Assembly (NCBI GenBank): GCA_032718475.1
Contig: JAUCBJ010007402.1
Coordinates: 1 to 64,000, forward strand
Direction: 5' to 3'
Length of the DNA: 64,000 nt
Source: Nemertoderma westbladi
Lineage: Eukaryota > Animalia > Xenacoelomorpha
Below, in pieces: positions 1 to 12,533 of the stretch (the stretch's first letter is position 1; each line of letters begins with the position of its first letter). A program made the translations under genes and the position numbers. The notes beneath the pieces were generated by a model, which had not been told where the DNA came from, searched no databases, and worked only from the letters and a program-made list of their open reading frames with translations.

Positions 1-1680
1 TTCTCTGAGTGTTCTACGGGAAGGGCCAGTAAAGTACCAACCTACTCTAGTTCTTACCGCATAGGTCTGTAGGGGCTGCGGTTGAGCAGGCCGTTTCTCT
101 AACGTCTCCAGCGCCTCATGCGCGTTTTGGCCGATGAGTATTTGCACTCCAGGATAATCAGTCTGAAATCGAGGTATGTTAAGATGTTGGATGCTCTCAT
201 CCTCGTCCCAATTATAAAGGTCTGCTTGAGTAGTAGCGAAGTTCTTTATAGCCACCATTTTCACTGACCTTATGCTGTGTTCTCCTAGTTCGTCCTGGGG
301 GGTGGACAACGCTCCGACATAATAATCAGCTGTTATTGTAGATTTCCAAACTTGCATTATGCCAGACATGTTGAGCTTAGTTTGGAACTTGGGTTGCCCA
401 GCAAATATATCTTCGGCTAACTCTTTGTCGATGAATGTTCCTGTGCTGCCGGAGTCCAGGAGGGCGTTCACTACACAACTCCTCTTAGGTCCGTGAACCC
501 TTACTTGCACCACAGGAAACTCGCGGATCCCTACATTGGAGGATGTCTCTTTCCAAGGTGGTTGTCGTTCAGAAGTAGTTAGAGTAAAGTCGTTCTCTGT
601 ATCTTTCTCATATGTTAGTGCTCGATACACTGCGGTATTTATCATGTAACAGGATTCGTTTTCGTCAGAGAATTCGTCTGTATAGAATCCTTCCATCTCA
701 GATTGATCAGTGTCGTTCACATCACTGAATTGGACATGTAGCTCGGAATCACTTACTTGATTCGGACTATTTCGATCGAATTCAGCGTGCAACAAGATAT
801 GATGTTTCGCACCACATTTTGCACACCTTATGTCAGAGAAACAGGTTCGCCGTTGGTGTCCTTGTCTGAGGCAATTATAACATAACCGCTTATCCCACAT
901 AACTTCGCGTCTCTCCGTTAATGATTTCTTTAGAAATTCATCACACCTATTCAAATGGTGGATCCCGTCGCACAGCGCACATTTTGGTTTGATGTTACTT
1001 ACCTTATTTTGAGTCACATTGTGTACACTTGCCTTTTCTTCGGGTTTTCTCACCTGAATTCTCTTGGGAGACGTGGGAGGAGTTTTTCTTACCTGTTCCC
1101 TCCTGTCATTTGTTCGAGACTTAAATTTACTTACCTGATCTTTAGGCATTTTGTTCACGTAATAAGATCTATCCGTGTCTTTCCCGCTATCTTCTCCTTG
1201 AGAAGTCTGGCTTTCGCCGTCATCGGTATAACATACTGGTGTTATTTTTCTCCTAGAGACGGGTTTTTCACTTACCTTGTTTTCCGGTGTTTTCTCCCTA
1301 GACAGTTTCAGGAGCTGTAATTTCACTTCTCCATCTAGGAATGACATGAGATCAGCCATGGTAGGATCTCGCCGTTGTTGTTCCATCATATATAACACTT
1401 TCTTATCCCAGCGTGTACCTACTCCACCTTTCGGTAAAGTAGAAGCCACTGCTCTAATAACCATAGTGTTCTGATACTCATGAGACTTACCTAGCCAATC
1501 TAATTGTCTGCAGATCTCCTGGATCTCATCGGAAAACTCGATAATTCCGCTACTAATAAACTTTCGGGGCGCTACTAACTTGGCATACAAGTACCCAGCG
1601 ATATTATTCCTATTACCATACCTGATGTTTAGTGTATCCCAAACTTGTCTTAATCCGTCTGGATGTCCAATAAACTATTT
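1..1680 (-). pseudogene. BEL/Pao #1 Gag C-terminus (capsid remnant, 3 zinc knuckles) and protease, in a different frame from 1650-3956
   Basis: Manual translation: ...VWDTLNIRYGNRNNIAGYL...IIEFSDEIQE...CALCDGIHHLNRC...CYNCLRQGHQRRTC...CAKCGAKHHILLH...ALLDSGSTGTFID. The first part of the capsid domain seen in elements #2/#3 appears to be missing at the frame junction (~1680). Confidence 0.85.
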
Positions 1681-3956
1681 AATATCGAGTTATCGGTATA
1701 TAAATTTCTCGGATTATGATCAATTCTATATGGAATATCATTATCAACAGGTTTATAATTACCCTTAATAGGGTTCACTATAGGAGTTTCTACTTCGCTA
1801 GCAGTATAGATGCGTGTAGGCTCCACACCTTGCGCATGAGATACTTCTGACCTAACAGGTTGACACATTGTTACAGAGGGTGGTGGTATACCCTTTTGGG
1901 TATTTACTAATTTATCGCGTTCAAGCGCGATACTTTGCTGCACTTCTTGCAACTCTAGCCTACTTTCCCTTACTGTGCCCTTGAATTGCAGGACAGTCTC
2001 CTGCATCTGCCCGAGCAGGATATCCATCCCCCGCCGTCTCTCGTCTACACAATCAACCGCCGAAACGGGATCCGCCAACGTCGTAGCGGGCGGACGAGGG
2101 ACAACGGGCGACAAATTTGGAATATTTCGCTCGGGGTCCAGGACCTGAACTGTCTCTTGGGCAGTTCTACGGGGCACAGGTAGCTTAGTGCTATGCAGAG
2201 GGAATTTAGAAGTAGTTTCAGGGAGCACAGGTGTATCTATCACCGAAGGGGTGATTTCAAGAACAGGCCTAATTATTTCAGGCTCATCTACTATAGTAGG
2301 GAGTCTTTCTATTTTAATTATTTGGCCTGTGGGTTCTGTACTACCTAAGTTGGTGTTATTTAGTTGCCTTCTAACAGCTGGAGGCAAATCAGGCAATTTC
2401 TGACGGTGGAATGTTCTTTTACGTCTGCTTAGGCGGGATCGATTTCCTCCGCCTTCAGTGTCGGTGGTATCGCCTTCCTCAGATGATGTATAACCTTGTC
2501 GTTTGGGAGTAGATCGATTCATCATCTGCATATTACTAGCTGTTAACTGTTTATTAAAGTTATCTTGCCTCTCTTGAAGATTTTCCAACTCTAGTTGGGT
2601 TGTCTCTTCAGATGCCCTCCGTTCTGCTTCTGCCACTGCTATCTTTCTTTCCGCTTCTGCCGCTGCCGCTTTTGCCTCTGCCGCTGCCGCTTTCCTTTCT
2701 GCAGCTGCCGCTTTTGCCTCTGCCACTGCCTCTGCTGCCTTTCTTTCCGCTTCTGCCGCTGCCACTGTCGCTGCTGCTGTCTTTCTATCTTCTATACGTT
2801 TTTTCCTTACTTGTTCTTCCCTTTCTCTAGCGATGCGGAGTTGTTCATCGAATTTAGCTTGGTTCGCTGCTAACCTATCCACATCAATCGCATCTAACAC
2901 AAGTTTGGCTCCTTCGCTATTAGGGCTAAGTCCCTCTAGCCTTCTCCGCAACTCTTCATCACCTACAAAACGTTGATAGTCTGACAGATAGATGTCAATG
3001 GCATCCCTCTTATGCGGTTTCTCTGCCGTCGCTTCACTTTCCACTTGGGAAGAAATAGCGTCCGTTGATTCTCCATGGGTTGAGCGCTCCTCCAATTGAG
3101 CTTTCCACTGAGCTGCTCCTTGAACCTGGCGACTCACCCTTTGAAACCAAGTCTTTACGGCAACTTGCAACGACGTGTCTTGCTTTCGTTTAGAAGCCTC
3201 CTCAAAGGCGGATAAGATTAGCCTAATCCGCAGAACTCTTTCTCTAACTTGATAAAGCAGCGATCCCTGCTCTTGAGGTCCTTGAGGTTGTTGAAAAAGT
3301 TGCTTTTCTATTCGCTCCATAGAGCTGAAGAATCCCTGTGCGTATCCGGCTGCGGACCTCTTCCACACAGCTGGATCGATGGTTTCCTTGGCTACTCCCA
3401 TCCGGTGTATGTCTTCCCAGGCAGCTTCTGATAAATCAAACGGGAGTCCGGGTCCGGGGAAGTTCCATTGCGACTCGACAATAGACTTCAGTTCTTCACT
3501 AGTGTATCCCGCATAACTATCTCTAGTTGACCGTTGACTTCTCGCCCAATCGATCTGGTGTTCTTCCACCGCGATCAATAACCCAGCGAGCACGGCTGCA
3601 GGAAGGATGAGAAGGGGATCCGTATAAACCGCATCCGTCATCTCTGCTCCGCTCTCGGGTGTCAGCTCTACAGTATCCTCACTACTGGAGCTGCTGGGCC
3701 GCTGAGGAATAAGTTCTTGACTAACGGGTTGTTGCTGTTCCGCTGCTTCTTGGTCCCGCTTGACCTGAGCTCGGGTGCCTATGATAGACCTACGATGTTG
3801 GACCAGCCTAGGTTCTTTTATTACTACTGGAGGGATGACTTTCCTCACAGTGGGGGGTGAACTGGACTTACGACCAGACGGTTCTACGTCTCTATCTGAG
3901 TCGCAGATAGTTACATCTAATAAACTGTCTGACAGGTTCTGCTTAGTATCAGACAT
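1650..3956 (-). CDS. BEL/Pao #1 Gag N-terminal region (768 aa, coiled-coil/Ala-Glu-Lys repeats), ends at a frameshift
   Basis: ORF track; lies directly upstream of the capsid/zinc-knuckle frame; AAAEAERKAA-type repeats at ~2620-2780. Confidence 0.75.
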   Translation of the reverse strand: MSDTKQNLSDSLLDVTICDSDRDVEPSGRKSSSPPTVRKVIPPVVIKEPRLVQHRRSIIGTRAQVKRDQEAAEQQQPVSQELIPQRPSSSSSEDTVELTPESGAEMTDAVYTDPLLILPAAVLAGLLIAVEEHQIDWARSQRSTRDSYAGYTSEELKSIVESQWNFPGPGLPFDLSEAAWEDIHRMGVAKETIDPAVWKRSAAGYAQGFFSSMERIEKQLFQQPQGPQEQGSLLYQVRERVLRIRLILSAFEEASKRKQDTSLQVAVKTWFQRVSRQVQGAAQWKAQLEERSTHGESTDAISSQVESEATAEKPHKRDAIDIYLSDYQRFVGDEELRRRLEGLSPNSEGAKLVLDAIDVDRLAANQAKFDEQLRIAREREEQVRKKRIEDRKTAAATVAAAEAERKAAEAVAEAKAAAAERKAAAAEAKAAAAEAERKIAVAEAERRASEETTQLELENLQERQDNFNKQLTASNMQMMNRSTPKRQGYTSSEEGDTTDTEGGGNRSRLSRRKRTFHRQKLPDLPPAVRRQLNNTNLGSTEPTGQIIKIERLPTIVDEPEIIRPVLEITPSVIDTPVLPETTSKFPLHSTKLPVPRRTAQETVQVLDPERNIPNLSPVVPRPPATTLADPVSAVDCVDERRRGMDILLGQMQETVLQFKGTVRESRLELQEVQQSIALERDKLVNTQKGIPPPSVTMCQPVRSEVSHAQGVEPTRIYTASEVETPIVNPIKGNYKPVDNDIPYRIDHNPRNLYTDNSILNSLLDIQTD

Positions 3957-5322
3957 GACTATGTATACCGTTGAATGTCTACTGCTGTATTACAGTCTGA
4001 GCAAGTCTAGTAACTCAGTATTAACTGCTAGCCTAGTAATTAATTACCGGTACTGCTACTCAGTGTAGCGTGATATATATAATATATTAGAATACCGGTA
4101 TGCTTATAGTATATATAACTATTATTACAGACTAGGTTTATCACAGAATACCGGTATAATTTTAGCACAAATATATATAAATATATAATAGGCCTATCGG
4201 AATACCGGTATACAGCTTACAGTTTGTAGTATATATAATTCTGGACTAGAATTAATTACAAGTACCGGTATAATTTCAGCCTAAATTTATAGAAATAAAG
4301 ATAATAGGCCTATCGTAAATACCGGTATATCAATTATTTTAAATAATTGAATTTCTGAATTTTAGGGTTACTTGGTTACTTTACTTACTTTATTACCGTT
4401 ATTTGAGCAGTAATCCAACTGATATTGAGACCTAATGGTTGTATGGTAGGCCTACGATTTATAAATCGTTAGATTTGATTTATAATATATATATACCCGT
4501 TTTAATGGGTTTTGTCAATGTTTGAAATAAATGTTATTATTTCTGGGGAGTAATCACTACACAAAGCGGTGCGCTTTCAGTGAAGTGTTACTTACAGGAC
4601 ACTAAAACAAATAATACTAATTTACCTAAGTTACTTAATACTACAAATTACGTACAATTCGGGTTGAGATTACAATCTCTAAATAAACACAAAAATTTAC
4701 AAAAAACACAAATACGAATTTTTAGGGTAATTTTACAAGAAGTCTACAAACCAGCCTAACAAAGGGTTAGAAAACTGGTTATTACAACGGACAGGGTACT
4801 ACGGTATTTGAAATAATAAGTAGTAGTAAATACACTGCGTTGTCCAGATAGGAAAATACCACCGCCTGACGACCTATAGCCGTATCGCTATAGGTTCTAC
4901 GTTATGTATCACGGAGTGTTCCTACCTAGAAGTTAATAGAGCTAATCGAATGTGCCTATCAACCACTTTACAACACAAATATAATGTCTACAATAATTAC
5001 TTCGGAAAGTACTGTACACTAAACCCTAAATTAGGTACGAGTACTTGTACAACAGATAATCAGTAGTTAAATATACTTGAACAGCTAAAAGAACCACGGC
5101 ATCTGCTGGAGTGACCGATGCACAAAATCACCAGTCTTTACCTACGCCGAGCAGCCCGTGTAGTACCGGGGTTAATTTAACTATAGCGGTATGTATAACA
5201 AACACAATTACTGTAGGAACAAACTTGGGGAATGAATGTTGCGGATAATCGCATAAACTCTGAATAATAAATATTACGCTACGCGTACAAACTACTCAAA
5301 CAAAATACAGACCGAACACTGA

Positions 5323-5840
5323 CAGACTACTATCAAGCCTAAACAAACTACGGTATATGCAGACTCCGAAATGATTAGGGAGTATGCGCTCTAACCCAGT
5401 AGTGCGACTTATTCTTTAGTTGGGGGTTTACCTTACAGCGTTCGCTGCCCCTACTGCCTAACCGTACTTAATCGGACAGATGATCTACACACGCGGCAAT
5501 CCGTTCAGACCTAATAACAGCCAGACAACTATCCAGCCTACAAATTATCTAAATAAAATTATACGCTACCCGTACAGACTTACACAAACAAAGTACAGAC
5601 CAAACGATGGCAGACTACTCTCAAGCCTAAATAAACTACAGGACATGCAGACTCCGAAATGATTAGGGAGTATGCGCTCTAACCCAGTAGTGCGACTTAT
5701 TCTTTAGTTGGGGGTTTACCTTACCGCGTTCGCTGCCCCTACTGCCTAATCGTACTTAATCGGACAGAGTGATCTACACACACTGCAATTCGTTCGGACT
5801 TAACAGCAATCAGACAACAGCTCAGCCTACAAATTGTCTG
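5323..5840. repeat. Direct duplication (~230 bp x2, period ~288 bp) in the leader of BEL/Pao #1
   Basis: cagactac...gcagactccgaaatgattagggagtatgcgctctaacccag...cagcctacaaatt at 5323-5550 and 5611-5840. Confidence 0.9.
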
Positions 5841-6859
5841 TACAATCTGATCAGGTTTACACGCCTTCTGTTCAATACTGGCCTACAAACAAATAAAACT
5901 GACAGAAATAGGCCTAAGTAAAATCCCAATAAAAACCAGGCGTCCCCGATTAATTATTAAGACCTACCGGCATATATAATCAAATCGAATAATACTGCTG
6001 TACTTATACGGATGTAGGTACCGGTCCGGATGATCAGGCAGTCAGGCCTACTGGTTACCGGTCGACCGGTACTTTCGACTTTATTGCTTACTGCAATAAA
6101 GAAGCTATATCCTTTAATGTTCGCGCTTTCAGACCTTTGGCAGTTTAACCCACCAAATTAAGATGTCTTCTAGATATTAAATCAGTTTTTAGTCTATGAC
6201 AAGTATTTGATTCACTACACTAGTCGAAACCAATCCGTGCGCGACCATTCACCCGCTGGAGATTCCCGGGAGATTGGGTTCGACGGTTTAATTTTATTGC
6301 TATGTAAGCCTAATGTATTATTCGACTGACAGTATTATATAATCTCTGACAATATTATTCACCTTCGGGAATATTAACAGTTCCTTTAGGACGTGGCGCT
6401 TTATCTATATAAACAGAGTTATGACTTAAACTACTCACAACGATATGGCTTAATTATAATTCACATATATGGCGCATTCTTTAGGAATTGCTTCTTTAAC
6501 AGACTCACTCATACACAATGCTGCACAATACTGCACACTAATCTGCCAATCTTCACTGATTTTAGTCACATATAAAAGGAACACAGACTGACTCATGTAG
6601 GGTCTATCAAATAACATTAGATTCACTTCAAACCACTTTAACATAAGTCACAATCGTTTATCTGTAACCCTTCTCTCTTACCTTCGGTATATCAAGAATA
6701 TTGGGTTTCGGGGTTATTTATCGTTATTCCAAATATAATTATTCATCAACCATATTATGAAGAACTGACGGTAAATAGCAGTATAAAACAACAATGAAAA
6801 CACTGATTGTTATGAGTTTGCAATGTTTCAGCAGTCAGCATGTATGATCAGTCAGCAGT

Positions 6860-8501
6860 AGTCTGTGAGTCTGAGTCTGTGAGTCTGTCCAAGCTATACG
6901 CTCCGACACACATGCACCAATCAGAGCAAATGATACATCAATCGAAAGCTCTCGTCCTGAGCACGTAAACTATCGCTATCTCGAGGCTAATTTCACGCGT
7001 TTGCTTGCGTGAATGCGTATTTTGTGTTCGTTCGGGCGAAATTTATCGAATTATTTCGGTTCTTCTATCGGTAATTAATTATTTAGAGGGGTTACATTTA
7101 TCCCATCTGGTATAAAATTAACATGAGTAGATTCGCCGTGTCCCATTCTCACAAAGTTTTTATTTTATTCGAGTGTTTAATATAAATATGCATGATTATT
7201 TATTGATTAAAAATCAAATAGTGTATAAATATGTCATATTCGACATGCAGGATCGAATGGGCCTATTGTTAGTGAATAGGGAAGGATTTTTATCTGTATC
7301 ATAGCAACGTTAGGTAATTATTGAACTCGTAGCTGGCTGGGCACAGGTAAGTAGCAAGCCAAGACTAAATCTGCTTTCTCAATCAATAATGGCTGCGTGG
7401 AAAGAGAGGTTTATAACATTTTAGTTTTTTTTATTATTTTACTGTTCTGAATATTAAAAGTGATAATTTCTGTAGGCCTACTTACTGTATTATTATTTTA
7501 TCTAATATTAATCATACATTTAAAATCTAATACATATAAATATCGATTATTATATGTCTGGTGTGGGTGTGTGTTTATCATCGGCTCAGATAGGGGAAAT
7601 AATAATTCATCCCTCTCCAGGGGAAATTCGACGCAAATAACAGCTGATTACTCTCAAAAATAAAACTGGAACCTGTTCTATTGTGTTAGTTTATTGTTTT
7701 GTTAGTTATATAGCTATTATGTTATTATATAGCTTGTTAGAAAGGTTTCGCCCAAACTCGTTGCAAAGTAATACTCAGAGCCGTCTGAAGTTCCACCGTC
7801 CGCCGCTAGAGGGCGAATTGTCCGATAGTGAAAACCTGATCTCATTTGGTTGTTTTTAATGCTTTGGTAGCTATCTACTACACCATATAGGCTGTATCTT
7901 TACGGAGTCACAGAATCGTCTACAGTTCCCCAGTCATCCGCTATTAGGGGATGAATTGTCTAAAAGAGGAAACCTACAATTTTGTTGTTTATGAATGCTT
8001 TTTTGCTGATACTTGGCACTTGGCAGAGGACTACTACACCATAGTCTTCGTGTTTGGGGAGGACGCTAACCAGTGCAGAATTATGCAGTCTGCCACTAGG
8101 GGGCGAAATGTCTGAAATTAAAACCTTCCATTTTAATACGATAGAGTTGCTGCAGTGACCTACTGCACTATAGGTTATGTTTGCGAGGACGCTAACCACT
8201 ACTCTGCAGTTATACAGTTTTCCACTAAGGGGGAAATATCACACACAGTTAAAACCTTTTCCCATTTTATTATTTGTAATCCATTGGAGGTGTTACTTGG
8301 AAGGTATCTACTACAACATAAAGCCTTATGTTTATTATTGTATGTAGCTGCAACTAAAACGGGATCAGTCTGTTAGTCTTATGTAAAGTTTTGTTAAGTT
8401 AATTAATTAATTTATTTATGTTTGATATTGTCCATTGATTGATTGATTGTATAGAAGCTTGTGAACTAGAAAGCCGTGGCCGAAGGCCACGGGCTTTCTA
8501 G
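6860..8501 (+). mobile_element. Non-autonomous Helitron copy 1 (5'-truncated)
   Basis: Starts in the (gtctgtga)n microsatellite shared with copy 2; ends in GC-rich hairpin ccgtggcc-gaa-ggccacgg followed by tttCTAG at 8501. Confidence 0.8.
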
Positions 8502-11009
8502 TCTATATATATAAATATCCTCTGTCTGTCTGTGAGTCTGTGAGTCTATGAGTCTGTGAGTCTATGAGTCTGTGAGTCTGTCCAAGCTATACGCTCCGAC
8601 ACACGAGCACCAATCTGAGCGAATGATACATCGATCGAAAGCTCTCGTCCCGAGCACGTAAACTATCGCTATCTCGAGGCTTATTTTACGCGTATGCTTG
8701 CGTGAATGCGTATTTTGTATTCGCTGCAACATGTTGTGTGATAAAATCTCAAAGTGATTCGAATATTCCTTTTGGCAGTAAAGCTGAGAGTTAGTTAGCA
8801 AGGCAGCTTGCTACTTGCAGACCAATCATAGGTGGCCTGCAGCAGGCTGGGTTGGTTAAGTAGTAATCTCAATAAATAGGACCCAGCAGGAGAGTGGAGT
8901 GGATCTACTGTGATTGGTTCTTGACTTACATTGGTAAGAACAAGCAGTAAATCTTAGATTAGCTTTTTTCAGTTCACATATTGTTTATAATCATAAACAC
9001 AAAATGATTCAATTATTCATTTTTGCAATGTACCGGATGGGTGCTAGCGAGGTAGGCCTAGCAGGTCGTCAGTCCGTCATCCTACAAGTTGGATCTTGAC
9101 TCTATCATGTGCGTTCATCTATATGATGCAGACCATCCTGAGCCCGTGAACATGAATTGTAAAGGCTATCTCGAGGCTGATTTTTTACACATTTACTTGA
9201 TACTTGCATGAATGCGTCTTTGAGGTAAAATTGCATTATTCTGCAGTTATTATTATTATTATTATTATTACACCCATAGTCAAAAATTGCACATATGAAA
9301 TTTATTTCAAATAAAATAGATCATTAGATAAAAATATATACAGTAAGTAGTGGGGGAGGAGACTAACCAGGCCCGTGCACTTACGGTTAGCCATTCCATT
9401 ATTTAAGTTAATTAATTTGTATACTAATCGTTATAAGTACATGTAAAAGGAACTAAAAAGTATTAAATAATTAAACGTTTCCCTGATAAAAATATTTTTC
9501 TAAAAAAATATTGTTAAAGATATTTTTCTACTGGCCGTACTGAAATTGATATATTAACAATAAATAGTATTATATAATAACATGAGTTATGCCAAAAATA
9601 ATCCAATTATTATAAAAAACTGTTAAAACTGCAGTATTTTATAAGGTCTACATCCCGTGCTAAAATATTACTAAAAATATTAATGTTTGGGGCTGATGCA
9701 GCATTAGAAGGTAGGTCGTTCCACATACTAACTATCCTATTACAAAAATATTTCTGACAAATTTGTAGGCGGCAAAAATTGTGTTGCAATTCATATTGGT
9801 GACCTCTAAGACCCCTTCGTGAAGCAAAGCTAAAAAAATCATCAAAATTCATTTGCACTGCACCGGTGATTATAGAGTAAACCTGTTTTAAATCAAACAC
9901 AGGACGTCTAACTTCGAGTGGTTGTAAGTTTAAGTACTCAAGTCTATCTAAATAAGGCACCATGGTTAATTTACATCTAAAAAATAATCTGCGCGTAAAA
10001 TATCTCTGTACGTGTTCGATCAGATCTATATGTCCTTTGGTAAAAGGAGACCAAATTACTGTACAATATTCCAATAAGGGACGCACGTAAGATTTATAAG
10101 CACAAATTAGGGCTGCCATATTTTTGCCAACTAGTTGTTTTGTTATCGGAGAAATTACTGATCAGCAAGCAGGAAATTATAACAGCAGTTATTGCATCAT
10201 CGTAACCACTCTGCTGACACTTTGCAGAATAAATTCTACCTGACCATAGCTGCGTGTTGGGAGGACGCCGACCAGTTTGCGGTTCTTCAGTCTGCCACTA
10301 GGAGGCGAAATGTCTGAAAGTGAAAATCTTATCCTATTTTGTTATTAATAATGATTTTTATGTTTTTTGCTGATACCAAGCATAGTATACTACACCGTAG
10401 GGTGTGTATTTGGGCTTGGGGAGACGATGACTAATCTACAGTTCCCCAGTCTGCCGCTATTAGGGGATGAAATGTCTGAATGAGGAAACCTACAATTTTG
10501 TTGTTTATGAATGCTTTTTTGCTGATACTTGGCACTTGGCAGAGGACTACTACACCATAGTCGTCATGTTTGGGGAAGACGCTAACCAGTGCATAATTAT
10601 GCAGTCTGCCACTAGGGGGCGAAATGTATGAAATTAAAACCTTCCATTTTAATACGATAGAGTTGCTGCAGTGACCTACTGCACTATAGATTATGTTTGC
10701 GAGGACGCTAACCACTACTCTGCAGTTTTCCGCTAAGGGGAAAATATCACACACAGTTAAAACCTTTTCCCATTTTATTATTTGTAATACATTGGAGGTG
10801 TTACTTGGAAGGTATCTACTACAACATAAAGCCTTGTGTTTATTATTGTATGTAGCTGCAACTAAAACGGAATCAGTCTGTTAGTCTTATGTAAAGTTTT
10901 GTTAAGTTAATTAATTAATTTATTTATGTTTGATATTGTCCATTGATTGATTGACCGTAAAGAAGCTTGTGAACTAGAAAGCCGTGGCCGAAGGCCACGG
11001 GCTTTCTAG
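8502..11009 (+). mobile_element. Non-autonomous Helitron copy 2 (complete termini)
   Basis: 5' TCTATATATATAAA, microsatellite, same 3' hairpin + CTAG at 11009 followed by T. The 5' ~190 bp and 3' ~580 bp are near-identical to copy 1. Confidence 0.85.
9248..10130 (-). mobile_element. 5'-truncated CR1/L2-group LINE fragment (RT C-terminal region, 3'UTR, (TAA)n tail)
   Basis: ORF 9610-10119 has YKSYVRPLLEYC..WSP..IEHVQRYFTRR..LRGH..FCNRIVSMWNDLP; (tta)n at 9248-9270 is a (TAA)n tail on the minus strand. Confidence 0.85.
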
Positions 11010-12533
11010 TTAATTTATATAATTATATTAAAGGGCAAGCAGAAAAGGCAGAAAAATTTTTTTACTGTGGGGCGAGCCACGAAGTGAGAGAGCCTTAGCG
11101 TAGTGGTACCATTAATCAACCTGTGGGGCGAGCCACGAAGTGAGTGAGCCTTAGCGTAGTGGTACCATTAATCAACCTGTCGTTCTGTCGTTCTGTCGCG
11201 TTTTTTTTCAGTATTTTATTTTAAACGTTAATAACTCGGCCAATCCTTGATGAAATCTATCCAAACTTGGTACACATGTTGTTTGGCAAAAGTTTGAAAA
11301 TTTTCCAAGTAGAATTTGCGTGGGGCCTTCGTGCAGCATCAGTGTAACTGTTATTGCAGTTATAATAAATTTATTTATCCAAATTTAAAATGCGTTAAAT
11401 TATTATTACTGTAGGATAAATCAGCTGGTTTTCTGACAAATTTTGCAATTCTGCATGTACCATGTGTACCGGTACTGTCAGGCTGTACTCAATCCCTGAA
11501 TCGAGAATCCTGCTAGGGTGCATTTAATGTTTAATGTTTAATGTTTAATGTTTAATAGTTTGGGTATAAGAAAGCTAATGCTTATGGAACCCGTACACAC
11601 CAAAAGAAAGTCCAACTGAAAGTAATTATAACAGTACCGGTAAGTAATTAAGTATTGCGACCAATACCGACCATGTTTACGAAACAATGACAAAAACATA
11701 TATAAAACAATTGGAACATAAAAGGACACAGTTAAATTAAAATAGTGTTCTTATAAAAATGGTTACTAATAAAATGTCTTGCTTGCTAAAGGGTTGAAGT
11801 GACGTCTATAAAATCACGAGTATACACAGCAAATTACATAACAGTCGATAAAGTCAGATACATACACTAAAAATTACAAATATACATTAGAATTACTAAA
11901 CAAATTCAATAAAATGACAGTCTATATAGTATCACGAGTATACACAGAAAGTTACATATCAGTCGATAAAATCGGATACAAGTATATCGGTTAGGGCTAA
12001 TATCGATAGTTTAAGGGTTAAAATAAAATATAAAATTAATTTAAAATATCAGATAATCCATAGCTATAAAAACAGTACGGTATGTAAAATAGATCAAGAC
12101 ATTTGAACACTTAAATTTACATGGATTAGCTAACACTACACGATGAGAAAATAAGTACACAGTTTAAGCTTTAAGGGTTAAAATAAAATATAAAATAAAA
12201 TTAAAATATTCGATAAAATCGTTGTATAGAAACACAGTTTGGTATGTAGAACTGATGGATTTAATTAAAATAAAATATTGCATATGAATTGGATTATTTA
12301 AGAAATAACAGTTGCACCATTTGGGTCTATTTAAAAATACGAACGATTGGTAAGAGATTATACTGTAAGTTACATAAAAATAAGTAGATCAAGTGAAAAA
12401 TAAGTAGATAAGTAAAATAAGATAAAATGCGATAAAAATAAATATTGATGTGCGACTATAAAAGGAAAACAATTAAATATAACTAATGTGAGTTTGTGGA
12501 GAGGGGGGGGGGGGTCATTGACTCTAAGTCTCG

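Larger units (their letters stand above)
1..6780 (-). mobile_element. BEL/Pao LTR retrotransposon #1 (5' portion; continues off the left edge; right boundary approximate)
   Basis: Minus-strand gag with BEL-type capsid segment, three zinc knuckles and aspartic protease motif ALLDSGSTGTFID (~440-470); long AT-rich leader 3957-6160; candidate LTR end ...AGAAGACA followed by TGGTGGG at ~6150-6165. The outer LTR boundary could not be fixed. Confidence 0.8.

Noticed and set aside
7960-10884. Duplicated short ORFs in the Helitron 3' regions (and 19577-19777 / 25498-25932)
   Set aside because: They recur only because the DNA is duplicated; no domain signatures, and several have non-ATG starts.
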